From a virus (lineage: Duplodnaviria; Heunggongvirae; Uroviricota; Caudoviricetes): a stretch of DNA of 64,000 nt. The stretch spans positions 185,001 through 249,000 of the IMG/VR virus record IMGVR_UViG_3300028888_001839; one strand, 5' to 3'. The position numbers and the translations under genes are program-made. How positions within the stretch are numbered: the first letter of the stretch is position 1; each line of letters starts with the position of its first letter. The notes beneath the pieces are model-generated. The model was not told the DNA's origin and made no database searches. It saw only the letters and a program-made list of their open reading frames with translations. Shown here piece by piece: positions 9,854 to 17,432 of the stretch.

Positions 9854-9931
9854 GAGGCTATAGCTCAATGGACAGAGCGCTACCCTCCGAAGGTAGGTCT
9901 TGTGTGGGTTCGATTCTCACTAGCCTCACCA
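9854..9931 (+). tRNA. tRNA-Arg (anticodon CCG)
   Basis: Acceptor GAGGCTA/TAGCCTC, anticodon stem CTACC/GGTAG with loop CTCCGAA, T-loop TTCGATT, CCA encoded. Confidence 0.75.
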
Positions 9932-9933
9932 AT

Positions 9934-10010
9934 GCGGGTGTAGCTCAATCGGACAGAGCGGCAGTTTCCTAAACTGTAGGTTGCTGGTTCGATCCCAGTC
10001 TCCCGCACCA
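9934..10010 (+). tRNA. tRNA-Arg (anticodon CCT)
   Basis: Acceptor GCGGGTG/CTCCCGC (one mismatch), anticodon stem GCAGT/ACTGT with loop TTCCTAA, T-loop TTCGATC, CCA encoded. Confidence 0.7.
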
Positions 10011-10019
10011 TTTCCAAGA

Positions 10020-10094
10020 GGGGCTATAGCTCAACGGATAGAGCAGTTGCCTTCTAAGCTACTGATGTGGTTTCGATTACCGCTAGCCCCACCA
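10020..10094 (+). tRNA. tRNA-Arg (anticodon TCT)
   Basis: Acceptor GGGGCTA/TAGCCCC, loop CTTCTAA, T-loop TTCGATT, CCA encoded. Confidence 0.7.
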
Positions 10095-10099
10095 ATTTT

Positions 10100-10187
10100 G
10101 CCAAGGTCGCATAGTCTGGCTGATTGCACGGGTTTTGTAAACCCGCTCCGAAAGGACACAGCGGTTCAAATCCGCTCCTTGGCTCCA
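10100..10187 (+). tRNA. type II (long variable arm) tRNA; anticodon ambiguous: TGT in a 7-nt loop, or GTA (Tyr) if the loop is 9 nt
   Basis: Acceptor GCCAAGG/CCTTGGC, 3-bp D stem with long D loop, variable hairpin TCC-GAAA-GGA, T-arm AGCGG/CCGCT, discriminator T, CCA encoded; anticodon arm CGGGT-TTTGTAA-ACCCG. Confidence 0.6.
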
Positions 10188-10195
10188 TGAGACTT

Positions 10196-10270
10196 GCCTC
10201 CGTAGGTGTAATGGCAAACCGCCACTTTCGTAAAGTGGATTTCCTAGTTCGAGTCTAGGCGGGGGCTCCA
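10196..10270 (+). tRNA. tRNA-Thr (anticodon CGT)
   Basis: Acceptor GCCTCCG/CGGGGGC, anticodon stem CCACT/AGTGG with loop TTCGTAA, CCA encoded. Confidence 0.75.
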
Positions 10271-10273
10271 GAT

Positions 10274-10346
10274 GCCCCCTTAGTTCAGTGGTAGAACGCC
10301 ATCTTGGTAAGATGGAGGTCGTCGGTTCGTTTCCGACAGGGGGCTT
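10274..10346 (+). tRNA. tRNA-Thr (anticodon GGT)
   Basis: Acceptor GCCCCCT/AGGGGGC, anticodon stem CCATC/GATGG with loop TTGGTAA, T-loop TTCGTTT; CCA not encoded. Confidence 0.75.
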
Positions 10347-10349
10347 TAA

Positions 10350-10436
10350 GCGGAGTGTAGACCGTAGCCTGGTACCGGGTCTGCTTTGGGAGCAGATGAG
10401 AAATCCTCGGGGGTTCGAATCCCTCCACTCCGACCA
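10350..10436 (+). tRNA. tRNA-like, type-II-like with variable hairpin; anticodon loop TTTGGGA (TGG?) and irregular D-arm
   Basis: Acceptor CGGAGTG/CACTCCG, T-arm GGGGG-TTCGAAT-CCCTC, CCA encoded, variable hairpin GAG-AAATC-CTC; D region does not fold canonically. Confidence 0.45.
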
Positions 10437-10441
10437 TTTTC

Positions 10442-10518
10442 GGACCCTTAGCTCAATTGGTTAGAGCATCTGGCCCATACCCAGACGGTTGTAGGATCGT
10501 TCCCTACAGGGTCCACCA
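10442..10518 (+). tRNA. tRNA with CAT anticodon (Met/fMet/Ile2), unusual C33
   Basis: Perfect acceptor GGACCCT/AGGGTCC, D GCTC/GAGC, anticodon stem TCTGG/CCAGA with loop CCCATAC (C at position 33), CCA encoded. Confidence 0.7.
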
Positions 10519-10531
10519 AAACGATTTCAAT

Positions 10532-10605
10532 GGGCCGATAGTTCAACGGTAGAATGCTTCTCCGGCAGAGAAGAGATGCAGGTTCAATTTCTGCCGTGTC
10601 CACCA
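10532..10605 (+). tRNA. tRNA-like, possibly Ala (GGC); acceptor stem has 3 mismatches, possible pseudogene
   Basis: D and T arms fold (T-arm GCAGG-TTCAATT-TCTGC), anticodon arm CTTCT-CCGGCAG-AGAAG, but acceptor GGGCCGA versus CGTGTCC pairs at only 4 of 7 positions. Confidence 0.4.
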
Positions 10606-10748
10606 TTTCCAGGGCGGTTGTGACAAAATCAGTGTTTATCATTTCCCAATTCCAATGATTTCGTTGGGGTGAATAATTGGGGAAAGAAAGCGTGATGGGC
10701 ATTAATGGAAATACGATGTCCTTCTTGACAATCGTCCTTTATTTTCAT

Positions 10749-10823
10749 GGGCCGGTAGCACAACAGTAGTGCAACTCCTTTGCAAGGAGTAGGTTGTCCG
10801 TGCGAATCGGATTCGGTCCACCA
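10749..10823 (+). tRNA. tRNA-Ala (anticodon TGC)
   Basis: Acceptor GGGCCGG/TCGGTCC (two G-U pairs), anticodon stem ACTCC/GGAGT with loop TTTGCAA, T-loop TGCGAAT, CCA encoded. Confidence 0.7.
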
Positions 10824-10831
10824 ATTTTAAT

Positions 10832-10910
10832 GAGGCATGTAGCTTAAGATTAATGAGCGGGCGGTGATGAGCCGCCTATGTGTCGGTGCGAATCCGTCCA
10901 TGCTTCACCA
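10832..10910 (+). tRNA. tRNA with non-canonical anticodon loop TGATGAG (no U33; GAT/Ile-like or ATG) and a 3-nt acceptor-D connector
   Basis: Acceptor GAGGCAT/ATGCTTC, anticodon stem GGCGG/CCGCC, T-loop TGCGAAT, CCA encoded. Confidence 0.5.
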
Positions 10911-10918
10911 ATTTTATC

Positions 10919-10992
10919 GCACTGATGATGTAGCGGTAACATAAGGGCTTCCCAAGCCTTTCTCACGGGTTCGAGTCCCGTTCAGTGCTCCA
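10919..10992 (+). tRNA. tRNA-Gly (anticodon CCC)
   Basis: Acceptor GCACTGA/TCAGTGC, D ATGT/ACAT, anticodon loop TTCCCAA, T-arm ACGGG-TTCGAGT-CCCGT, CCA encoded. Confidence 0.75.
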
Positions 10993-11083
10993 TTTAGAAG
11001 CCTCTCCGCCAGAGTCCCGATCTGTCGGTCTGTATAAGGGAACGAGGTAGCCCCCGCTGAAAGCAGTAGGATAAGGGGCAAAT

Positions 11084-11159
11084 GCGGACTTAGTACAGTT
11101 GGTAGTACGTATCCTTGCCAAGGATGAGGTCACGGGTTCGAGTCCCGTAGTTCGCTCCA
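11084..11159 (+). tRNA. tRNA-Gly (anticodon GCC)
   Basis: Acceptor GCGGACT/AGTTCGC, D GTAC/GTAC, anticodon stem TATCC/GGATG with loop TTGCCAA, T-arm ACGGG-TTCGAGT-CCCGT, CCA encoded. Confidence 0.8.
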
Positions 11160-11163
11160 TTTT

Positions 11164-11238
11164 GCAAGATTGGCAGAGAAGTTATGCGCCACCCTTCCAA
11201 GGTGGTTTACGCCGATGCGAGTTCGGCATCTTGCTCCA
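11164..11238 (+). tRNA. tRNA-Gly (anticodon TCC)
   Basis: Acceptor GCAAGAT/ATCTTGC, anticodon stem CCACC/GGTGG with loop CTTCCAA, T-arm GCCGA-TGCGAGT-TCGGC, CCA encoded. Confidence 0.7.
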
Positions 11239-11495
11239 TCTTGAAAAGCGTCCCGAATGCGTCGGCCCAGAAGTACAATGGGTGCAAGGGCTCGCAAGCA
11301 ACGGCAGAAGATTCGGGTGCTCGTTCCGCATAGGACGTGAAGGTCCACCCAAGAAGGGGCGAACTCGGTTGCAAGTGTTATCAAGTTCTGCAACAACGGA
11401 TAGGCGAGAATCTGACTTGCAGGCGCAAGTGCAACCCAAAGGTTCGGTGAGGCGCAACACGGGAAAGGGCGCATGTGATTTTTTAGTGGCATACG
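11239..11495 (+). ncRNA. GC-rich ~250-nt structured element after the tRNA array, ending in a U-tract; candidate small RNA
   Basis: Roughly 55% GC versus ~45% for the window; no credible ORF; ends ...GGGCGCATGTGATTTTTTAG. Confidence 0.3.
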
Positions 11496-11599
11496 AGGTT
11501 CCTATTCAATAACTTGTTTGGGTATAAGTCAAATACCTCCCGCCACTTCTCCATTTGTGAGACATAGAGAGTTCCTATTCAATCGATCATACGACGAAG

Positions 11600-11619
11600 C
11601 ACGGGGCAACAACCCTGTG
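11600..11619 (+). other. acceptor-like hairpin CACGGGG-CAACAA-CCCTGTG inside a repeat unit
   Basis: 7-bp stem with one G-U pair, 6-nt loop; same architecture as the junctions of the permuted tRNA-like elements. Confidence 0.3.
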
Positions 11620-11677
11620 TAGTTTCTACTCTCCGTCTCATTTCCCTTTCAGGGGCAGAGGAAGTTCCTATTGATTT

Positions 11678-11753
11678 GAGAAGCTAGCTCAATGGAAGAG
11701 CGCCTTGGAGGAATCCAAGGAGATTACGGGTTCGAGTCCCGTGCCTTTCACCA
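11678..11753 (+). tRNA. tRNA-like gene with full cloverleaf but non-canonical 6/8-nt anticodon loop (CCTTGG-AGGAAT-CCAAGG)
   Basis: Acceptor GAGAAGC/GCCTTTC (one mismatch), D GCTC-AATGGAA-GAGC, T-arm ACGGG-TTCGAGT-CCCGT, CCA encoded; no U33. Confidence 0.45.
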
Positions 11754-11802
11754 ATACTTTCCGCCCCGCTTTTTTGCGGCACAGAATGTTCCTATAAAAA
11801 TG

Positions 11803-11880
11803 CTTGGTAAGCAGGAGGTCGTGGGTTCAAATCCCACTGCGGAGGGCTTGCACCTCCGTATAGCTCAGTCTGGTAGAGCG
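11803..11880 (+). ncRNA. Permuted/split tRNA-like element: 3' half (anticodon loop 3' side TTGGTAA, T-arm GTGGG-TTCAAAT-CCCAC, acceptor 3' strand) then linker then 5' half (acceptor 5' strand + D-arm TAGCTCAGTCTGGTAGAGC)
   Basis: 3' strand TGCGGAGG is complementary to the downstream CCTCCGTA with one G-U pair, forming an acceptor hairpin closed by a GCTTGCA loop. Confidence 0.45.
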
Positions 11881-12057
11881 CCTAAATAATACATTCCGCC
11901 GCTTTTCCAATTTCAATGTGGCAAAAGACGTTCCTATTACTTTGGTTGGTCTTCTATCCTCCAAAGGGATGGAAGATGGGGTTCAAATCCCCGTTAATAC
12001 GTCTCGCCACTGATTCTTCAGAGGCATATTGAGTTCCTATAAAAAGACACGCAGAGT

Positions 12058-12120
12058 GATTGGGTTCGACTCCCAACGACGGGGCAAAACCCGTTGTAGC
12101 TCAACGGTAGAGCATTTGCC
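12058..12120 (+). ncRNA. Second permuted/split tRNA-like element: T-arm TTGGG-TTCGACT-CCCAA + acceptor 3' CGACGGG, linker GCAAAA, acceptor 5' CCCGTTG + D-arm TAGCTCAACGGTAGAGC
   Basis: 7/7 complementarity (one G-U) between the 3' acceptor strand and the downstream 5' acceptor strand; canonical D-arm follows. Confidence 0.45.
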
Positions 12121-12549
12121 TTACAATACTCATCGCCTCACATTTTTCTGGAGCATTGGAAGTTCCTATTAGCATCTGCGGATGCAATTGACTGTAAATC
12201 AATCCAAATACTTCCCGCTCCTTTCCCTTTTCAGGTTGCATAATGGAGTTCCTATCAAACCCTTGGACCTGGGGACAATCAGGTCCACCATGAAAAATCG
12301 TACTCCCCGCAACCATAACAAAACAAAGTCGCATAGGCGGTTCCTATAATGGCGAAAGCCAACTTGCTGATAACGAGAAAATACTGCCCGCGACAAACTC
12401 TTGACCGCATATGGGGTTCCTATTACGCTTTCTCCACATTTCGGAGGATTCTCCACCTTTCGGGGAATCTAGCAATACCCTTCGCGGAACTTTTCCGTCC
12501 GTGTGGACGGTCTAAACGACAACAAAAACCAACCAAAGGGAAAACGACA

Positions 12550-14436
12550 ATGCAAATGCACACTGCACTGATCGACTACTTCAAGAGGGGGTTCATCGCC
12601 TCCGACAAGGCGGATAACCGTGACTTCGCCGCCATCAACAAGAAGTCCGTTAAGCTCGGGTACATCATCAGTCCCGAATGCTGCAACAAGTTCGTGGACG
12701 AGTGGCTTGACACCCTCACTGCGAATTACAATTCCACTTTCTACAAGGAGTGGAACGATGTGATTTCCAAGTCACGATACGAGATTTTCGTTGACCAGAT
12801 TCGCCACTATGCCTCTACATACGGAAAGGTGCTTGAGGGCAAGGAGGTAGAGGGGAACGGATGGCTTCCGAACGACGGAGGCATCGTCCCTCGCTTTGAA
12901 GACCTCAAGGTCATTGAGCCTATCACGAACGACGAAATGGCCACCAAGTGCTTTGAGGTTCTTAAGGCTGGCATCGCCCTCAAGGATAGCACGATGAAGG
13001 TCATGTGCGATTTCTGGTATGCAATTAGGGTTGACGGAATCAACTGGAAGAAGAATGATTTGTCTGAAGCACTTTCTCTTGTGAAGAACAAGGAGGCTAT
13101 GGCATACCTCTCGCAGAAGATGAAGATTCTTCCTGCAGACGAGTTCGGGATGCTCCGTTGCATTGCCCTTGCTTATGTTGGCAAGCCTGCTCTCATCAAG
13201 AGCCGTGCAACGATTGCGACAATCAAGAAGAAGTCCGAAGAGAGCGGTTTCCGCTCTCCGCTCCTTGACCTTGAGGATGTTCAGATTGAGCGCCTTTCCC
13301 GCATCTTCCTCCGCTTCAAGCCAATCTTCCTCGCTATGAAGGGCGGTGAGAAGAAGGACAGGAAGGTTGCTGGAATCGTGAATCGTCTCCGCCGTCTTGC
13401 GGAGAAGAACCACAAGCCTTTCAAGATTGGGTTCTGGGAGAACATCATAAAGGAAGCACAGCCAGTGGATGAAGTCAAGAAGCGCCTTGGCGAACTTGAC
13501 AACTTCCGCAAGGTTCGTCTTATGATGCTCTGCAAGGAGCGCATGGACTTCCCGACAACTACCGGTGTGTTCAACATTCGGAACGGGAAGCAGTTCGTCC
13601 GCGAGCAGTATTCTCCGAAGTACGACAAGAACTGGATTGCACGTCTTTACTTCCTCCTTGAGGAATCGCTTTGCGAGTCCATCAAGGGCAAGTCCTGCAA
13701 GGTCCGTCTGCCGGAGCATTACGAACTTGTACTTCCGACATCGGAGAAGAATTTCGTTGGAAACTTCCCCTACGGAACATCTTTTGGGATGACGAAGAAC
13801 AATGTCGTTGGCATCTACTGGCGTAACGAATGGGGTACGAGGGACTACGATCTCTCTATGACCGACCTGCGCGGAAATCGTATCGGATGGAACTCGTCAT
13901 GGTACAATGGGACTCGGAACGGAGACAACAACTCTGTAATCTACTCTGGTGACATCACCAATGCGAATCCAGAGGCTGCTGAACTCCTCTTCATGAGGAA
14001 CGATGCTCCTGACGGAATTGTGATGGTGAACCAGTATTGGGGTGAGCCTAAGTCTAAGTTCCGCTTCTTCTTCGCCAATGAGTGCCTTGATGTTAACCAC
14101 ATGAAGAACCATATGGTAGACCCGAACAACATTCGGTTTGATACCATGATGGAACATGAGGCTGATGAGACAGGTCGGCAGATGACTATCGGTATGATGC
14201 TCGATAATCGCTTCTACTTGATGCAGATGGGGACGGGCAATCGCCGTGTTTCAACAGGCAAGTATGCCCCTGTCATCATCGAAGGTCTGAAGAAGAAAGC
14301 CAAGTGCTTCATCGGGCTGAAGGAAATCCTCTATCGTGCGGGGTTTGAGGTTCTTGACAAGGATTCGGAAGAGAAGCCAGATATCGACTTTACGAATCTC
14401 GAGAAGGACACTCTTATCAACCTTCTTGCGAAGTAG
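12550..14436 (+). CDS. hypothetical protein (628 aa) with atypical, C-ending, GC-rich codon usage
   Basis: Long ORF; the first convincing ATG with an upstream AAGGGAAAA is at 12550. The ORF-track start at 12349 would read through the repeat array. Codon usage (AAG, CTC, TTC, GAC, ATC) differs from neighbouring genes. Confidence 0.6.
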   Translation: MQMHTALIDYFKRGFIASDKADNRDFAAINKKSVKLGYIISPECCNKFVDEWLDTLTANYNSTFYKEWNDVISKSRYEIFVDQIRHYASTYGKVLEGKEVEGNGWLPNDGGIVPRFEDLKVIEPITNDEMATKCFEVLKAGIALKDSTMKVMCDFWYAIRVDGINWKKNDLSEALSLVKNKEAMAYLSQKMKILPADEFGMLRCIALAYVGKPALIKSRATIATIKKKSEESGFRSPLLDLEDVQIERLSRIFLRFKPIFLAMKGGEKKDRKVAGIVNRLRRLAEKNHKPFKIGFWENIIKEAQPVDEVKKRLGELDNFRKVRLMMLCKERMDFPTTTGVFNIRNGKQFVREQYSPKYDKNWIARLYFLLEESLCESIKGKSCKVRLPEHYELVLPTSEKNFVGNFPYGTSFGMTKNNVVGIYWRNEWGTRDYDLSMTDLRGNRIGWNSSWYNGTRNGDNNSVIYSGDITNANPEAAELLFMRNDAPDGIVMVNQYWGEPKSKFRFFFANECLDVNHMKNHMVDPNNIRFDTMMEHEADETGRQMTIGMMLDNRFYLMQMGTGNRRVSTGKYAPVIIEGLKKKAKCFIGLKEILYRAGFEVLDKDSEEKPDIDFTNLEKDTLINLLAK

Positions 14437-14450
14437 GGTGACAAAGTTTT

Positions 14451-14528
14451 GCATACAGGGGTGGTAGGTTCCACCGGCCGAGAGGTTGTGCGACGGCACT
14501 TGATTGGGTTCGATTCCCAACGTATGCA
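14451..14528 (+). tRNA. tRNA-like element; canonical T-arm and 6-bp acceptor, non-canonical core
   Basis: GCATACA ... TTGGG-TTCGATT-CCCAA CGTATGC-A; interior has a GGTGG-TAGGTT-CCACC hairpin, a GGCCGAGAGG motif and a GTGC-GACG-GCAC hairpin. Confidence 0.35.
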
Positions 14529-16930
14529 ATTTCATTGTGAATCGACCGAGGCGAAAAAGTCCTCCTCGGAGTAAACTCAGGCTGCGAAGGGTGTTCCGTC
14601 TGTCTTACGGAATGTCGGTGATTGGGAGTCCGTGTTCACAAAGAATCCCATGAGGCAAGAGTTGGTGAAGAGCAGAGTAGCTAATGCGAAAATCTTCATT
14701 GACATAGACTTATTTACTTTGCTAGGTCGTTCCCCTCGACCTCCAATGGCAAATGGGAAAATATGGGGACAACTCAGTTCAGAAGAACCTCCTAAGTCAG
14801 CACACAGGATTGGGAAACCATAAAAGATGCTGATAGCCAAAGGGTAGCCTTGAAAGGCGAAATCATGCGACCCCAAAAGAGGCCACTGTCACTGTCTTTG
14901 ACTGTGAGTAGCAGTACCGAGGCATCGGGAAAATACGGCTGCTAAAGCTCTCCGCAAGAGGGATAGACTTAACAATTTCTTCTGTGCGTAAATTCAACAG
15001 TCAGAATCCCCGCCGATTCCATTTTCGTATGAAGATGCGATAAGCGAGGAGTTGCTGGTGCGAATCCAGCCGCACAGACCATTTCCTTCCGTGCAGAGAG
15101 GGAGTAAAACCTTGACGGCTAGACAATCGAATGACGAGTCTTTTGTGGACAGAACGGGATGATGTCATGACTGACCCTCGTTTCAGTTCGGTTTGAGTTT
15201 CAACGACCAAGGCCGTCCCGAAACAATCAATGTGATAATCTAGGAGAGAGCGCACTTCTAGGAATAGACTGGGGAAGTCCTCGTAGCTATTGGACAGCCC
15301 TGAAACATGGCACCTGTCAGTAGTCCAGTCGGATGCACGGAAGATTTGATGATTTCCGCTCATGAGCACAATTGGCGAACTTCCTTTCCTCTGTCAGCGC
15401 AGTAGGAGGATAAGAGCCTACGATAAGCATGTAAATCGAACAGTAACCCGATTTAGAGCGGGGGCAACCTTCGCATGCGGCGGTCATTGCAAATGTCACG
15501 GCAATAAGGGAGAAGGAAGAGCTCAAATCCTTTCCCCAGTGGCCCTATTTCCGCTATGGCATTTTTTGCTATGGCAACCAATGAAGAGAAAAGCGACCTC
15601 GAGTTGTATCTTGCTGACGAACCGTATATGCCTGACTTGGCTGAAGAAGACTATACTGCTGCCGCAGTCGTGAAGCCTGCAAGTTTTAGCAATGTCAATG
15701 TAACGGAAGAAATGTTCAAAAGCAAAGTAGATGAGGCATTCCGAAAGAGGATGGCTAAGACCTTATCTCCCAAGGCGATTGAGGAATGCATATTAAGTCC
15801 AGTATATGCAAGATGCATACAGAACAAGTTCAAGGAAGTGCAGAATGACAACAACAATCTTTCCCTGTCGCAGGAGAAGGTATTGAGGGGACATATCGCT
15901 TCGTTGATGCACTGTCTCTTTTTGGTGTTTAGTTGATTTAGATTGCGGGCTGGTGTAAAAGCAGCATAATAGGCTCATACCCTTTAGGAAGCCGTGCGAT
16001 TCGGTTGCCCGCTACCAATTTTCGCTAGGATGCGGAGAGAAAAACTCCCAGTCTACACAACTCTACTCTGGTGCTGCAGAGGTTAGGCAGACTAGCGAAA
16101 TCATTTTCCGCCAAGTGAGCGATGGACTATGGAAGATTAAGGTATCGGCCCTTAACTCACTAGTTGAGTCCCGTGTGTCGGTCTGACTAATTGACGTGAA
16201 GCAAGATTCTTGGCGGACACTTTTTCGATGGAGTCCACATGGTTGTGTCATAGGTTGATGGCGATGTTGGCGGAAAAGCCGCTCCTGACGGTTGGGGAAT
16301 GCCTCCTAACGAAACAGCCCCGACCCGAAAAAAGCATACCTTGGAGAGCACGGCAGGCGGTCGAGTATCTTCTGTAACACAAGAAGGGTTAACTTAGTTC
16401 CGTCCGCGAAAGTAAATCCAGTAGTCATCGCATAGAGGTGGGGAAAACACTTTCCGTTGACCTTCGTAGTCCCAGTCCGATTCTGGGAGGACTCCGCAAT
16501 TTAGGAAGGGTCCATGCCTAATGTGCTGAACGACAAAATCGCTCCCGAGAATGTGGAGATGAGAGTAATCAATCGGGCATTTCGCTCCGTATAGAGAGCG
16601 GCTTCCTAATGTGCGAAAGCACAAAACTCTAGTGTTCTTTGCGGGGTTCCGACCTACCCCTCTTCCAGAGGGTTGAGTGTCGGGTTGAGCGAGCTAGAGG
16701 CGGTATTCGGCAAAAAACACTAGCCGACCCTGTCATAGGATGCGGAGGTAGGGGGAGCTCACCCGAAACCGAATCGGCAGCCCCGCTCCATTTCTCTTTC
16801 CATTCATCGGTGCAAACGTTTGAGTTGGTGGATACATATGACAATTCCTTTTCGGAGACGGGTGATTGGTTTTAGGCTTGCTATTGTCTAATTGCACCTA
16901 CGGCGGCCGATTCAATTTATAGGCGGAGAT

Positions 16931-16968
16931 GTGGGTTCGAGCCCCACCATGCTACCCGAAAGGGTAGC
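16931..16968 (+). other. T-arm-like motif GTGGG-TTCGAGC-CCCAC followed by GCTACCC-GAAA-GGGTAGC hairpin
   Basis: Perfect 7-bp stem with GAAA tetraloop; resembles the GGTAGCC/T-arm minihelix at 8794. Lies ~70 bp upstream of a strong promoter. Confidence 0.3.
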
Positions 16969-17034
16969 CTCGTCTAATAGGAAGGATACCGCCTCCCATC
17001 TAAAAAATTCAACGTCCAATTGTTGTCACCCCCC

Positions 17035-17064
17035 TTTACAGCCATGCCAATTCTGTGGTATAAT
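17035..17064 (+). promoter_or_regulatory. sigma70-type promoter TTTACA-18-TGgTATAAT
   Basis: TTTACA 17035-17040, TATAAT 17059-17064 with upstream TG. Confidence 0.5.
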
Positions 17065-17096
17065 TTTCTTTGCTTTCGGACAGGAAGGACAAGACG

Positions 17097-17432
17097 ATGC
17101 AACGAACGAAAAAGACAGCAAAGCCTATATCCCAAAAGGCATATCCATGGCGGAAGAACAAGAAGAAATGGACTGACACTCTCTTTGAAAGCAAGCTTCT
17201 TTCCAATCCATCTTTGATGACTAATGCAGAACTTGCAAAGGCATTAGAAGAGCATCAGGAGTGGCGAAGAGGGGAAGGTAAATACTTCTGGAAAGATGAC
17301 CCCATAAAGGAGAAATCAGAGACTGATGCTCCATTCTCTCCCGCTATCCTATCCAATCTGATTATGGAGACGATTGCTCGTCTTAAGATTGGCGGAGACT
17401 TGGCAATGGGGAGATTCAAGGATCATGTTTGA
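17097..17432 (+). CDS. hypothetical small basic protein
   Basis: ORF 17070-17432; the first ATG with an RBS (GGAAGGA) is at 17097. Confidence 0.4.
   Translation: MQRTKKTAKPISQKAYPWRKNKKKWTDTLFESKLLSNPSLMTNAELAKALEEHQEWRRGEGKYFWKDDPIKEKSETDAPFSPAILSNLIMETIARLKIGGDLAMGRFKDHV

Larger units (their letters stand above)
11498..12423 (+). repeat. Array of 10 degenerate direct repeats (AATAC-N3-4-YCCCGC box, 19-27 nt, then (A/G)GTTCCTAT(T/A) box) interleaved with tRNA-like fragments
   Basis: GTTCCTAT boxes start at 11498, 11571, 11664, 11788, 11930, 12033, 12162, 12248, 12340, 12416; each is preceded by an ATACnTCCCGCC-like box. Spacing is irregular (73-142 bp), so it is not CRISPR-like. Confidence 0.7.

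Noticed and set aside
9340-11512. Several 60-140 aa ORFs on both strands across the tRNA/ncRNA region (for example 9340-9576 -, 9709-9972 +, 10963-11160 -, 11099-11512 +, 11130-11492 -)
   Set aside because: They overlap well-folded tRNA genes or GC-rich structured RNA, lack RBS, and several begin with non-ATG starts. They are artefacts of an ORF-free RNA locus.
11498-12423. Possible CRISPR array
   Set aside because: The repeats are degenerate, bipartite and irregularly spaced (73-142 bp), the spacers look tRNA-derived, and there are no cas genes.
11488-12430. The repeat box GAAGTTCCTATTC is identical to the FLP recombinase FRT half-site
   Set aside because: Only one arm is present, with no inverted partner at 8-bp spacing, and no FLP-like tyrosine recombinase is in the window. 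It is most likely coincidental similarity, so it is reported only as a generic repeat.
12772-13719. 315-aa minus-strand ORF inside CDS 12550-14436
   Set aside because: It is entirely antisense to a strongly coding + strand gene with a consistent gene string. GC-rich codon periodicity keeps the reverse frame open.
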